From Macrostomum lignano (taxonomy: Eukaryota): a stretch of 64,000 bases of DNA. Positions 23,153-35,884 of the stretch are shown here, in pieces. A program made the position numbers and the translations under genes. The notes below the pieces were generated by a model. It was not told the DNA's origin. It saw only the letters and a list, made by a program, of their open reading frames with translations, and searched no databases. The stretch covers positions 1-64,000 of the forward strand of contig NIVC01002813.1 of NCBI GenBank assembly GCA_002269645.1, given 5' to 3'. The stretch's first letter is position 1. Every line of letters begins with the position of its first letter.

Positions 23153-24385
23153 GGCTAGAAGATCGAGCATTCTCCTGGAAAAGCAGAGGTGAAACTTGAA
23201 CGATTTTCATTGCAACCGAGCGCTTGTTCATGCAATACATTCATGTTGAGCATTTTGTGCACGGTGAGCAGCGGTGGGCGGGCAGCTCAGCAAACAGTCC
23301 TGAGCGATTACGCAACAGTTGGCCAGTCAACCGCAATTTATGGCTCGTTAGCAAGGCAACTCGAAGACATGCAGCGACACCGAATGCTTGCCACCGAGAG
23401 GCCCCAGGGCCTGGGAGCCGAGAATGGGGCGGTGATGCAACACGTGGAAATTGTCTCAAAAGCACGCACGCCCTACGTCCAGCCCGCCAGGAAAACAGAA
23501 CAAAACAGACAGACTCAGACAGAGCAGCAAATTAGCATAGGTTTGATGCAATGGCATCATTAAGGTTAGCGCGGATAAAAGTATTTTTAAAATCGCCATC
23601 GTACTACTCATTAGAAAACTGCTAGTAGAAAAAACGCATTTTTGCCACAAAATAAAAGAAAGTGAGAAAATTACTGCAGAAATTTGAGGAATCCGAAAAT
23701 TGAAGATACGAGCATGTTTAATATATTTAATATAGTAACATACGTATTAGATTTACAAAACAAGAAATTGCAGTTCAGTGTTCAACAGTCTTGGCAGAGT
23801 AAAGTGCACAGATATGTATAGTTTAATATATAAAACATTTGATGCAGTAGAACTACAGGTTGCAATCATCATCTACTATAAATATCAATTCGTCTTCATA
23901 ACCAATGAATCAGAACTAAAATTTAATATCGCAAAGAATATCCAACAATATCCAGCATACTACTCACCAAAGTAGCAACATTAGCGCATGTCTATATGTC
24001 AAAATATTCAATTAGACCCTGAAAATTGCTTTGAAAAACATCGCTTAAAGATAAAAAAGCCACTTAAAATCCAAATGTAATAATATCACATTCCTGGAAC
24101 AATATATAAGAATTCGATTGCAGACACAAGTTGGCTGCACTTTACATGTGTTTATACAGGTACAAGTATGTACAGTAGGTGAAATAAGTCATGTACAAAG
24201 GTTTTATAAAAGTACACTAAGACATGTAAATTCATTTCCAACAAGGCGCCACGCGTAAAAGCGGGAGGCATTTGAAAACTCTAAAAAATGATGCGAGTTA
24301 CATGTCCGCACAAACTACTTGTCAGGGTAGAAGCTAGTAATTGTTAAACAAGCAATCACTGGCAAGATTTGGTTGCTAGGGCGGC

Positions 24386-26254
24386 TCAGATGAGCACAGA
24401 GCTGCCGTGAACGCCTCCGATAAAAACTCCAGCATCCCCTTCGCCGCCACCGCCTCCAACTCCTGGAGACGTGGCGCTTCGATATGACGGATGGCGAGGC
24501 AGGCTGGCCCGAGGCGAGGTCACGTGACCAAAGGCTGGCCCGCCAACTGCCGCAGTGGAAGATGCCGAAGCGGCAGCAGCCGCAACAGCTGCAGCCGCGG
24601 CCGCCTCGCTTCTCGTGCTGACAAAGATTGGCTTCTGCTCGGCAGAGGAGCGGCTGAGGTGCGGCGGCGGCTGCTGCTGGCCGCGGGTGCTCAGCCTGGC
24701 GTCGCCGCCGTCAAGCTGGTCGAGGCCTGAAAACGCTGCATCGGGTGAGATGGGAGCTCGACTGCGGGAACTCGAGACAGCGGCGGCGGTGGGCTGCTGA
24801 TTGCGCAATGGCCTGTGAATGCTGTGCTGCTGCTGAGGGCTGAACAGCCGCTGCTGAGCCGAAGTCCCAGTTCGCTGCTGCTGTTGCTGTTGAGTCGGCG
24901 GCGGGGGCGGCTGAGACACCGGCGGCTGGAACAGCGCCGGAGACGGAGGCGGCGGAAACTCCTCGTCATCGCCCAGCTGGGCAAACGGCGGCTGCTGCTG
25001 CTGCTGCCGGAAGATCGGAGCGGCGCCAGACGCGTAGGGCGTGGCCGGGCCGCCAGGCACGGACTCGGAGGACAGGCGGAAGGTCCGGTTCACGACTCCG
25101 CCGCCGCCGGCTGTCGGATTGAACTGTGGCAGCTTCGGCAGCTGCTGAACAGGCGGCGGAGGAGGCGGCGGTGGATCATCTAGTTCGTCGTCCCTAGCGT
25201 AGGCCAGGTTGTCATGGAAACCAATAGCCGACGATGGCCGAGGAATCGACGCGGCGGTGAGACTGGCGGCGGCGTTAGCGCCAGTTGGAGCCGCTTGAGG
25301 AGCCGCCGCTGCCCGCCTGCGACTTTTGCGCTTGCGGCCGCTGCTGCCGGCGCTGCGGTGCCGCCTTCTCGGCTGCTGCTGCGGCGGCCGGTGCCGCGGG
25401 TCCATGGACCCGGCCGTGTAGGGCGGCGGCCGGGCGTCGTCGATGAACTCGCTGGCCTCTCCCTCGTCGCTGTTGACTCGCAGCGGCGGCGGCTGCTGCT
25501 GTTGCGGCGGCGCGCCGGTCACCTGAAGCTCAACCCAGGGCAGGGGGTCGCGCATCACGCTGCTCCGACGACTGCCGGCCGAGCGGCGGCCCAGCGAATT
25601 GTCGGCGTAGCTGGCGGCAGCCGCGGCTGCGGCGGCGTCCGACAAGCTGGCCTCGGGGTGTTCGCCGGGCCGGCGCATCATCCGGCGGCCTGGCCGGATC
25701 TTCACAAAGCTGGAGTTGGCCGACACGGGCAGGTAGGCGGAGGCGGGGCCACCGGGCCGGTCGAATTTGCGCAGCTCCTCGCGCAGCTGGCAGGCGAGGC
25801 AGCAGAGCAGCAGGAGGCTGAGCAGGGCGGCGCCGCCCCCCGCTGCGCAGTGCAGCAGCTCGGCTGTTCGATAATCCACCAGGCACCACCAAGCGGAACT
25901 ATCTGTGCCGTTATTCTGGTTGCCTAGCAACGCAACCGGAAGCCGCAGCTGCAGCCGATAATCTGAGCAGCCAATCAGCAGCTTTCGCCAGTAGCTGGTC
26001 TTCCCAGTGCCCCAGTGCAGCACGCTGGCCGCCCGCTCTTGCAGGCCGTCGACGTCCAGGTAAAAGCAGATCAGGAAGGCGTTCCAGCCGAGCCAGGCCA
26101 GCAGCCAGGCGCCAACAGCGTAGCAGAAGCCCGGCCGCAGCTGGCAGACGGCTGCCACGGCGAACAGGCAGCTGAGGAGAGTGGCGAAGTCGAAGATGCA
26201 GCCCGTCCACTGGTAGCCAAGCAGATCCAGCACCAGCCGCTCAACACAGATAGC
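24386..26254 (-). CDS. NKAIN: NKAIN homologue, copy B, exon 2
   Basis: Intact ORF, 3 codons shorter than copy A because of polyQ length changes, with the same acceptor. Confidence 0.9.
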   Translation of the reverse strand, partial: AICVERLVLDLLGYQWTGCIFDFATLLSCLFAVAAVCQLRPGFCYAVGAWLLAWLGWNAFLICFYLDVDGLQERAASVLHWGTGKTSYWRKLLIGCSDYRLQLRLPVALLGNQNNGTDSSAWWCLVDYRTAELLHCAAGGGAALLSLLLLCCLACQLREELRKFDRPGGPASAYLPVSANSSFVKIRPGRRMMRRPGEHPEASLSDAAAAAAAASYADNSLGRRSAGSRRSSVMRDPLPWVELQVTGAPPQQQQPPPLRVNSDEGEASEFIDDARPPPYTAGSMDPRHRPPQQQPRRRHRSAGSSGRKRKSRRRAAAAPQAAPTGANAAASLTAASIPRPSSAIGFHDNLAYARDDELDDPPPPPPPPVQQLPKLPQFNPTAGGGGVVNRTFRLSSESVPGGPATPYASGAAPIFRQQQQQPPFAQLGDDEEFPPPPSPALFQPPVSQPPPPPTQQQQQQRTGTSAQQRLFSPQQQHSIHRPLRNQQPTAAAVSSSRSRAPISPDAAFSGLDQLDGGDARLSTRGQQQPPPHLSRSSAEQKPIFVSTRSEAAAAAAVAAAAASASSTAAVGGPAFGHVTSPRASLPRHPSYRSATSPGVGGGGGEGDAGVFIGGVHGSSVLI

Positions 26255-27501
26255 CTGGTGGAAGAAAAGTAGATTTTGTCAATGACAGAGTAAATTGTCC
26301 AAAACTTTTCTTACTGTTTAATTGTCCTGAAAAATATTATTATATTTAAATAGTTAAGCAAAGAATAACTTTATTTTAGTCATGTCATAAAGAATTTTTA
26401 ATCAGCTTTTCAGATCTTTCTAAATTAGTAAAATAAATTTACTGTCTTTTTGTCAGATGATTTTTTGTCAGGTAATTTTTTGTCAGAAAATATTGATCAA
26501 ATATTGCTAAAACAAATACTTTCTAGAGAACTATATTTGTATTGTTTACAATTACTCAAGTAAGAGACTACAGACAATATCCTTAAAGAAATTAGATTTT
26601 TTTTGCTTTTTCTATTCTGTTTAGGTCTGGATTTCACCCAACTTTCATTTTAGTCCTCTAGTTTTGGAGGTAATCTTATATAAAGAGAGCTCTGGTTTTT
26701 GAACTATTTTGTCAATTGGGTTATCAAGAATCAAGACCAATATCTAGACTAAAACCAGAAAATTATAAAAATGCCTTATTATTTTTATATCTATTGAATT
26801 ATCCAGATTTTTCTCTAATATCTAGTCTACCAAAAATATAGCAAATTCAATATGAAAACTAAACAACTATTCTCTTTTTGTCTAGGTTTTAATCTATTCT
26901 TTTCTAGTACCATTGCAATACAAACTAGATAAACACTGGGGAAGCAGTTTTAAAATCAAATATTTAACTTAGCCAAAGCTAGTCTTAACCTAGTTTAGTT
27001 ACAAAATGAGGAGGGAAAAAAGAGATAATGGCTCTTTTACAAATGTCAATATATCCATAGTGTATAAAGTAGTTATAACCATTAAAATATATATTATAAT
27101 ATTAGCACAATGAAATAGTATATTTATTCAAATATGCTATTGTTACTAGTTTAATAAATAAATAATGTAACACTAATGGCTTGGCTTGCCTTTTCTACAA
27201 AAAATTAGAAGGTTGGTTGGGCTTTTTATTACTTCAATTTATTCTTAGTATCTATTTATAACTTTTAATTAAAATACATTGGCAATATGAATATAGATAT
27301 AGCCATAGATATTAATATACAATATGCAACACCTAAGTATTATCTATCAACTGACTTAAATGTATACATTAAAATTTTAAATTAAACGCAAGTTCCATTT
27401 TTTTCCTTAGCATATTTTTAATTAGATTTAACTAAGAAATCTTGTCTTTGACCCTTAACTAGATAACAAAAATTTTTTTGATAAGATTATAAAACACTTA
27501 C

Positions 27502-27582
27502 CATCAAAATCATTGTCACTGTAACTGAAACCGTCTTTAAACAGCATGATGCACATGTGGGTGAGTCGCAATAATAAGCCAT
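27502..27582 (-). CDS. NKAIN: NKAIN homologue, copy B, exon 1
   Basis: Identical to 17858-17938. Confidence 0.85.
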
Positions 27583-29528
27583 GTTTTGAAATAAAATATA
27601 TAAAGATAATTTTATGTAACTTGTAAGGTAAAATTTTGCTGAAACTTTAACTATTGGGACAATATCCTATGAACATGGTACATAGGTAATAGTACCTAGC
27701 TGGGGTATATAACTATAAAACTAAGATCTAATCTGATTCCAATTTCTCGATATACTGATGGATGTAAGGTGCATCGCGTTCGTGTTCACTGACGTTGCTT
27801 GTCAATATACGTCTACGATGAGTTAAGCGATGGTAACCCTTTCTGCGAAACTAATAGCTTTCTACACTTTTAATTCTGTGCGATCTAATGCAAATAAAAT
27901 GCCGAGAAAAAACAAATGATGCAAAAATACAACAATCTTTCGACGTAATAAAACTTTTACAGCTTTTAATAAAGAAACAATATGTACTTCATGTAGGTTC
28001 TTTATTCAATGCACCAAACAAACATTCTAAAAATTCTGTACAGTTTAGGAGGCACGAAAATAAAAAAATGTGCTCGCGGAACCCGCGAGCCCGCGCGATT
28101 CGATTCTTACAAGTTTATCTAGTTTTTAATGAATACTTGATTGATTATGCTTTATGGATGTGTTTGGTATATTGTCGTATGAAATTCAAAAGCGTATAGC
28201 GTCAGCGTCTTGCTGATTATTTATATTGTTTTATGTGAAAACTGATTATTAACTCGTATATATCATGACAATTATCGCTGTAACAAGTTAATCCTACACT
28301 CTACTGTGGCACAGCGAGTTCTATAAATCTCCCATTTCCCCGACAGTACCCGAAAACATAAGTGTTCAGTATTCGGTATACATAGATTCTTGTTGGGTTC
28401 TGTATTTTTTTATCATTACAATGTCATGCCTTCCCCTTGAAAAATTGTGGCTGTCCCTTAACCTTAACTTAAGTATAAACGATATATTTGATTTATCGCA
28501 TTTCTAGTATGAATTATTAGTTATTCTACCAATTCATGGCATAGTTTTAAACTATTAGTTAATATATGCTGCATTATTTATGTGTATTTTGTAATCACCA
28601 GAGGTTATCAATTTTTAATAGTTCTGATTTTTATTCAATACTTTTAAAATACTTTTGCAATAATCTATGGTATATGTGTGGTGAGAATATAAAATAAGAG
28701 GGCAATAGGATTAATTTTTCTAAGAAAAGATTATTGTGCCTATCTTTACTATAGTGTAATAAATATCTGAAAATTTAATTCTTGCTTTTAATAGGGACCT
28801 ACATTCCATCAATCCTAATCGACCTAACACTTTTTGAAATGCACTTATACCCTTGTTATATGCTATTTTAAATGACAGAATAAACAACAAAGAATGGAAT
28901 AAAGTTATGAATGTATCAGTTGTCATTGATTTTCTTTTTATTATTTAGTTCTACTTCTAGTGCCTAGCTAAATAATACTAATTCCAAAGCATTCAATAAT
29001 AAAAGATTATGATTATGATTGTAAATTAAAAATATCTATGCTCTATGGTGGATATATTGCCATTGGTCATTAAACAAAAAGTCAATATAAAATTTTAATT
29101 TAGTTTGATTTTCAGTAGATAGTTTTAACATACGCAAAATTGCTGGTGTATATATTGGTATAAGAAAATTATTTGATCTAAATTCAAAATATTTGAAACT
29201 GGTTTATTTGAATTTCAGTGTTTTTAGTTGAAATTGACTTCTCTACTAAAATAAATAGTGCTGAAGGCTAGAATTTTTTGCTTGTTTGTCTTTAATTAAT
29301 CATACAAGTATTAAGTAATTCTTTTTTGCATATTTCTTTAAATTAATTTTTGTATTGTTTTAGTTTTTCTTTATTTATTCTTACAGTAAAGAAACAAAAG
29401 TGAAGTTTAGTTTTTTTTTGCTATAATCATGATGAGTAAGAAGCCTTCTATTTAATTTTCAGTAAGTTCTGATAGAAAATAAGCAACAAAGCCAAGTCAA
29501 GCAGCTTTGAAGACAATAAAAGACTAAA

Positions 29529-30938
29529 ATGTCAAGCTCAAGCAAATTGCCAGCTCCTCAGCATTTGAGCGATGAGGACAGGACTCTGCGTCACCGCGCT
29601 TCCCTGGCTGACCTCGCCTTCGATGCCCAAGGCAGCGACAGGCAGCAGCAGCTGGTGAGGCGGTCGGCCTCTTCTTACAGGCCCTTGGCCCCATCGCACG
29701 GCGGCGATCTGGACGTGTTCCTGCGGGACATGCGCCGCTGGATGGGCAAACATTCACTGCCGCCATATAATGATGAGGCCAAGATGGCAGCCTCGGCAGC
29801 GCAGGCAGGCGGTGGCAGCGCCAACTCGATGGTCGCGCTCAAGCGGGATTCCCAGCTCAGCCAGTATCGGGACCTGCCAGATGCGCCAGACTCGCTTGGC
29901 TCGAGTCCTACCAGCTCGATTGTGTACCTGGACAAGCTCCGCCAGGAGAGTCCGCTCAGTCCGCCTGAGCAGTTTGAATTCGACCCGCACAGCGGCAGAA
30001 GCGGCCGGGCGCCGCACCGGTCCGCCAATTCGCTGCGTCGCTATTCGACTCACTCGCCGCCGAATGAGCAGCGCCGCGCCAGCTCTAGGCGGCCAGTCAG
30101 CACGGCCGGCGCTGGTCACCTGGTTTCGCCTGGCCATTCGTATAATTTGTTTAAATCGGCCAACGCGCACCACCTGGATCGGGTGTTCAAGCGCCGTAGC
30201 GACTATCGGACCGGCCGAGCCGAGTCTAGCGGCGCCAGCGCCATCACTTTGATGCCTCCGGTGCCAGCAGCCGAGGCCAGAAATTCGCGTTGGGACAGCA
30301 GCGGCTCTGGCCAACGCCGCCGCAGCCATCGCCACCGCCGAGCTGTTGGTGACAGCGGACCCGGCTATCCTTCGAGCTCTGGCCGCGACTACGAGCGCCA
30401 GCACGACCGCCGGCTGCCGTCGGGCTCCGTCAGCTTGTGCGACTCGTCGCGCCGCCCGCGCAATCGCCACGAATTTGAGACTCGCTACGAGGCCTACAGC
30501 GACGAAGATAATGATGGCATCGGCGAGGACCCGGCCAGCGAGGACGACATCACCGACGAGGACGCCCGCCGGCTGGAGGAGTTCCTCATGCTGCGCCGGC
30601 TGAGAAAGCAGCAGAAACGGCGCCTATCGCCGCCACCACCGCCGCCGCTTCGGCCGCCGTCGCCGGCGCGGTCAGACTATCTGTGGCAGCTGGGCTCGCC
30701 AACCGCTGATTACCTTCGCCAGCCGGTCAGCTCGCGCTCGCCATCGCCTCAGCCGCTGATGCAGCCTCCACACGGCCGCGGCGGCGGCAGCAGTAGCAGC
30801 GGCGGCATCCAGGACGTGTTCCGCAAGCCGATGAACCCGCCGCCCCGTGCCGCTGTCGTCGCCGCTGCCAGCAAGCGAAGCCGCAGTCCGGAGCCGCCCA
30901 ACTCCGCCGCTGCCGCCAAGCAGGGTCGCTACTATTGA
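29529..30938 (+). CDS. Orphan Ser/Arg/Pro-rich, largely disordered protein (469 aa, single coding exon)
   Basis: Long GC-rich ATG ORF standing out from AT-rich flanks. It contains short helical islands (DLDVFLRDMRRWMGK; EDARRLEEFLMLRRLRKQQKRR) and has AATAAA at 31511. It is head-to-head with NKAIN. Confidence 0.75.
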   Translation: MSSSSKLPAPQHLSDEDRTLRHRASLADLAFDAQGSDRQQQLVRRSASSYRPLAPSHGGDLDVFLRDMRRWMGKHSLPPYNDEAKMAASAAQAGGGSANSMVALKRDSQLSQYRDLPDAPDSLGSSPTSSIVYLDKLRQESPLSPPEQFEFDPHSGRSGRAPHRSANSLRRYSTHSPPNEQRRASSRRPVSTAGAGHLVSPGHSYNLFKSANAHHLDRVFKRRSDYRTGRAESSGASAITLMPPVPAAEARNSRWDSSGSGQRRRSHRHRRAVGDSGPGYPSSSGRDYERQHDRRLPSGSVSLCDSSRRPRNRHEFETRYEAYSDEDNDGIGEDPASEDDITDEDARRLEEFLMLRRLRKQQKRRLSPPPPPPLRPPSPARSDYLWQLGSPTADYLRQPVSSRSPSPQPLMQPPHGRGGGSSSSGGIQDVFRKPMNPPPRAAVVAAASKRSRSPEPPNSAAAAKQGRYY

Positions 30939-32311
30939 TCCGTTGGGCTGATTGTTGTTGTCTTATCTTGCAAACTGAAGCTGAGTGAGCCGCACGTTGA
31001 CACAGCATCTGTTTGAATTGCCGCAAACTGTATGCTTCGTTTTGTTCGGAATCTATTTATCAATTCCGCATTTGTTATCTTCAACTGGGTTTTTTCAACC
31101 CCCAGTTCTCTTCCTGCTACAGGTCCAAGCGCTGTTTTGCGCATTTTGTTTAACTGTTTAATATAGCAGTGCCAATATTAATAGTCTTGCATTAGTTTAA
31201 ACCAGATCTTTTTTTTCTTGTTGAAGTTTTTCCACAATTTTCTACTTTCAAAAGATGGTTGTTGCAATTACAGAGAAGGCTTTTTCTGGCACATTTTTGT
31301 GTCTCGACAGGCTGCGCTTATTAATGCATTGTGCCCTTTTTCTGGAACCTATAAAGTGTTATATGGTGTCAGACTTATTAGCCTTATTATTCTACTTTGT
31401 TGGCGGAGCCAGTCTAAGACGTCAACTGCAAGACTGCAACTTAAGACGTCAAGTGCAAGTGCCATACACTTGTTTACACTGACCTACTTGCAGTAGTCAG
31501 AATCGCACGGAATAAACAATGGAGACTTAAACTAGAGGGTGCATCACCGTTATCACCGTAGCTTTGGACACGAGCCCCACATCACGGCGACAGTCCGCCT
31601 GCAGCCTGCGTGGTCTGTCATGGTCATTTCGCTGTACACGGATGCGTACGCACTCACTCAGGGTGTACTGCGGCTTCGGTTGTTTACAATACCACTATAA
31701 CCAAGCCAATTCCAGCGAAGGGCTACTATTATACTTAATTGACGAAACACAAATTTTAGACGAGAAAACTTTCTCGGTAAAAACGATAAAATGATGAAGC
31801 CATATCCGTGACTTGATTAATGCGCTGATAAAACGGTATTTACCAATGGCTGTCCGATCCAATGCTCTTTGTCCTTTTCACATTTGCAAATCCTTGCCCT
31901 AGGCGGGCGACCGAAATGTCGCACACTTGCAACCTGCTGTAGGACCTCATTCAAGGAGATGAGATGGCGCAGCCTGTTGGATCTTCGGTGCCGTCAGTGC
32001 GATGTTAATGACCGAGGATAATGCATGCCTGCACCAGGCCGCCACTTCCATTTTCCCCTATCTTCCACTCTCACCCGGACTCTCCCCCCGGCAGGTGATT
32101 GCAGTGCGACTTGGAACAGACTGGGATGTTAGGAGATCTATCTATATTCGTTTATGTGGAGACCCCGCGGCGCTTGTGATCATGAAAGAAAATGCACGGG
32201 GGATGCGTCATGGGGGATCATCTGGAACTGCACTGACTGTCCCGGCGTTGTTGGGCAAAAAATCTTATCTGTCCCCTGATTTGCATGCACCTTTTGTATC
32301 GCCAGTTCACA

Positions 32312-32674
32312 GGGGGGCCGTAGCCCAGCGGTAGCGCAGCTGCTCTGGTGTGCCAGCGACCCAGGCTCGATTCCAAGTGCAGTCACATTAATTTGGGGCT
32401 GAATTGGAATCTCGGCTTGGCTCTGCTCGTGTAATTAACGGCCTTGAGGGCCAACCCCCCAAGGCGCAGTGAAGTATACATGCCTAACGATAATATAAAG
32501 TTAGGGCCGCTGTACACTCCTGTGTGAGTGTGTGTCTGCGTACGTATCCGCGCGCTTGTATGCCTGCTCAGGGGAGTCGGCGGAATGGGCAGTAATGCCT
32601 CTCGCCGGTTGTGTGCCTATGTCGCTTAAAGTGCGCCAGGGTGCACACAACCCCCCTGCCTCTCTAATAAAATA
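32312..32674 (+). mobile_element. tRNA-derived SINE, copy 1, with 11-bp TSD
   Basis: A box TAGCCCAGCGG and B box GGCTCGATTCC; ends in AATAAAATA. Flanked by GCCAGTTCACA at 32301-32311 and 32675-32685. Homologous to 44747-45052. Confidence 0.9.
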
Positions 32675-33013
32675 GCCAGTTCACAAGCGGCGTTACCTGC
32701 ATTTCATATGGACAGCTTAAGTATAGGAGGGCGCAAGCTGTTACAGGCCGGGTGGTTTTCGCTGCAAAATAAATTGCGAACCTCCGAATTTTAAATAGCC
32801 AGAGTAAGTATCTGATATGCGCTTTTTCCAGCGGCTGGAGAACTATCGCGTCCCCACCCCCTACTATTAGGTGCCCCCTTTTGAAGCAGCTGTAGTGCCC
32901 TTGATGCTGGCGCCCTCACGATGGCGCCCCCATGATGCGCCCACAGAATGGTCAATAGAAATTATGTCTAAACCGCAGATTTGTCCTAAATTGATCTAAA
33001 AGTTTTCCTAGAT

Positions 33014-33044
33014 CAGGGGTCGGCAAACTCCGGCCCGCGAAGCC
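33014..33044 (+). mobile_element. Solo hAT (Charlie-like) terminal inverted repeat
   Basis: CAGGGGTCGGCAAACTCCGGCCCGCGAAGCC preceded by TCCTAGAT (central CTAG, a Charlie-like target). No partner end was seen. Confidence 0.5.
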
Positions 33045-33533
33045 TCTCAATCCGAACCTCGGGTCCTTTGAAACTTTAAAATAGTCTACTACGCTCGTAA
33101 GAGAGCTTTCGGAGCGGGGGGGAATTCAGAGGCCCGTGGGAAGAAACTGAGGCAACCAACGCCAAGCAGAAAGCTGCCTTTCGTACAAGCAGGGCAGTCG
33201 CAGATGATGCGCAACAGATAAGGGGCCGGCCAACCAGTCATTAATCACTCTTTGCACGGCGGCAGGTGGAAATTCGATTCTCATACAGTCTATGCCGGAT
33301 GGCATCTGGGGGGGGAGGTTTGATTTGGGATAAATCGCTTGATAATTATCAAATTATCTGCAATTCATTTGTTTACTTTATCAGCTGAGGAACTTTCTGT
33401 TCGAAATGCGCGTCTTGTGTACGAGTACCGCTAGAAGCTATCATAGTAACATACGAGTTCAGGTACATTTGAAGGTCGAAAAAGGAAGTGATGTGCAGTG
33501 GAATTATAGATCAAGGAGAAGCTCCATCGGGGG

Positions 33534-34821
33534 AGTCTCAGGACTGTCTCAGAACTGCGTCGGAGAGTCTCAGGACTACATCGGAGAGTCTCAAGACTAC
33601 ATCGGAGAGTCTCAAGACTACATCGGAGAGTCTCAGGACTGCATCGGAGTCTCAGGACTGCATCGGAGAGTCTCAGGACTGCATCGGAGAGTCTCAGGAC
33701 TGCATCGGAGAGTCTCAGGACTACATCGGAGAGTCTCAGGACTACATCGGAGAATCTCAGGACTACATCGGATTCTCAGGACTGCATCGGAGTCTCAGGA
33801 CTGTCTCAGGACTGCATCGGAGAGTCTCAGGACTACATCGGAGAGTCTCAGGACTGCATCGGAGTCTCAGGACTGTCTCAGGACTGCATCGGAGTCTCAG
33901 GACTGTCTCAGAACTGCGTCGGAGAGTCTCAGGACTACATCGGAGAGTCTCAAGACTACATCGGAGAGTCTCAGGACTGCATCGGAGTCTCAGGACTGCA
34001 TCGGAGAGTCTCAGGACTGCATCGGAGTCTCAGGACTGCATCGGAGAGTCTCAGGACTGCATCGGAGAGTCTCAGGACTACATCGGAGAGTCTCAGGACT
34101 ACATCGGAGAATCTCAGGACTACATCGGATTCTCAGGACTGCATCGGAGTCTCAGGACTGTCTCAGGACTGCATCGGAGAGTCTCAGGACTACATCGGAG
34201 AGTCTCAGGACTGCATCGGAGTCTCAGGACTGTCTCAGGACTGCATCGGAGTCTCAGGACTGTCTCAGGACTGCATCGGAGAGTCTCAGGACTACATCGG
34301 AGAGTCTCAGGACTGCATCGGAGAGTCTCAGGACTGCATCGGAGAGTCCCAGGACTGCATCGGAGTCTCAGAACTGCATCGGAGTCTCAGGACTGCATCG
34401 GAGAGTCTCAGGACTGTCTCAGGACTGCATAGGAGAGTCTCAGGACTGTCTCAGGACTGCATCGGAGAGTCTCAGGACTGTCTCAGGACTGCATCGGAGA
34501 GTCTCAGGACTGTCTCAGGACTGCATCGGAGAGTCTCAGGACTGCATCGGAGAGTCTCAGGACTGCATCGGAGAGTCTCAGGACTGCATCGGAGTCTCAG
34601 GACTGCATCGGAGTCTCAGGACTGCATCGGAGTCTCAGGACTGCATCGGAGAGTCTCAGGACTACATCAGAGAGTCTCAGGACTACATCAGACAGTCTCA
34701 GGACTGCATCGGAGTCTCAGGACTGCATCGGAGTCTCAGGACTGCATCGGAGAGTCTCAGGACTACATCAGAGAATCTCAGGACTGCATCGGATTCTCAG
34801 GACTGTCTCAGGACTGCATCG
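33534..34821. repeat. Modular TCTCAGGAC minisatellite, locus 1 (11/19/21-bp modules)
   Basis: Constant TCTCAGGAC separated by TG, TGCATCGGAG or T(G/A)CATCGGAGAG. Confidence 0.95.
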
Positions 34822-35884
34822 GAGCAATTGCAGGACATGCAGATGCCGAATTTACCCCAATTTTCCTAATGGTCCAACGTGTGTCCATAGAGTCACGGCG
34901 GCAGCCTGGGTTGAACCCGGGCAGCAGTTCGCTGGGGCCCTCCGTGACCGAATTTATTGGATCGCAGGAAAGTTGTCCCACGCACCGGTTGTGCTGTGTT
35001 ACCTTTTAGCTGTACGGGAGTTTGGCAAGCTGCCAAAAGATGTGCTGCATTTGTTGTTTACTACAGCTAAGTATTTAGTATTCATTATATAGCACCATAG
35101 TAATAGTTGGTGCGCGATGGCCGCACTTGACATTTTGGGTTCGAAGCTGTCCGACTTCCAACCGGACAGGGCTCCGTTGCTCAGGCCTTTTTTAGCTTCA
35201 TAGATTTTGCACCTGCAGCAATTCATTCCGCTGAATTTATCTACGTTAAAATTTAGTAATTGAAAAGACCAAATCTGAGCAAAACAAAATGTACTTTTAA
35301 TCTTAAACTGTGCGATCCAACCTTACCGACGAAGTAATCGGCTGAATGCTGCAAAAATTCAAGTCCAGTCCATCGCTCCCGCAATGCCCTGACGGCTCAT
35401 GATGATGGCCTTTCACTGCCGCCCTCTGCAGTAGAAATTTTCCAATCCCCCTCCCCATCTGGGGCGAATTCTTCCCTCCCAGCTGCACTCCGTTCTGCAT
35501 CTTTGGCTTTGGGAAAATTGCATTCTTCAGGCTGGCCAGGCTGATTTCGGATCCTTCAAAAAACTCAGGATAACCCGCATCCCCCAATCCGTAAAAATAT
35601 ATGCTTTCTCGGGGAAACCGATGCCTCGATCTTTGAAATGGGGGCTGGAGGCGGAGCCGCGGGAGGTCAGGCTTGAAGGCCGAAGATGGCCGGGAATCGG
35701 TGATGAGGCAGAGCCGGCCGGCTGATTCGGGGAGGCTGGGGCAGCTTGCCAAATCCTGGTGGCTGTTAACTATCACGTTTTCCACCGCAATCCCGGTTCC
35801 CGTGTTCCTGCAATCATGCTGAGCCTGACAACACTGCATCATTCTGCCTTTTGCACTCTCGTCTGCCAGCTGCTTTGGAGTAGT

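Noticed and set aside
35303-35842. 179-aa ORF as a gene or transposase
   Set aside because: No recognisable motif, TM segment or supported exon boundaries.
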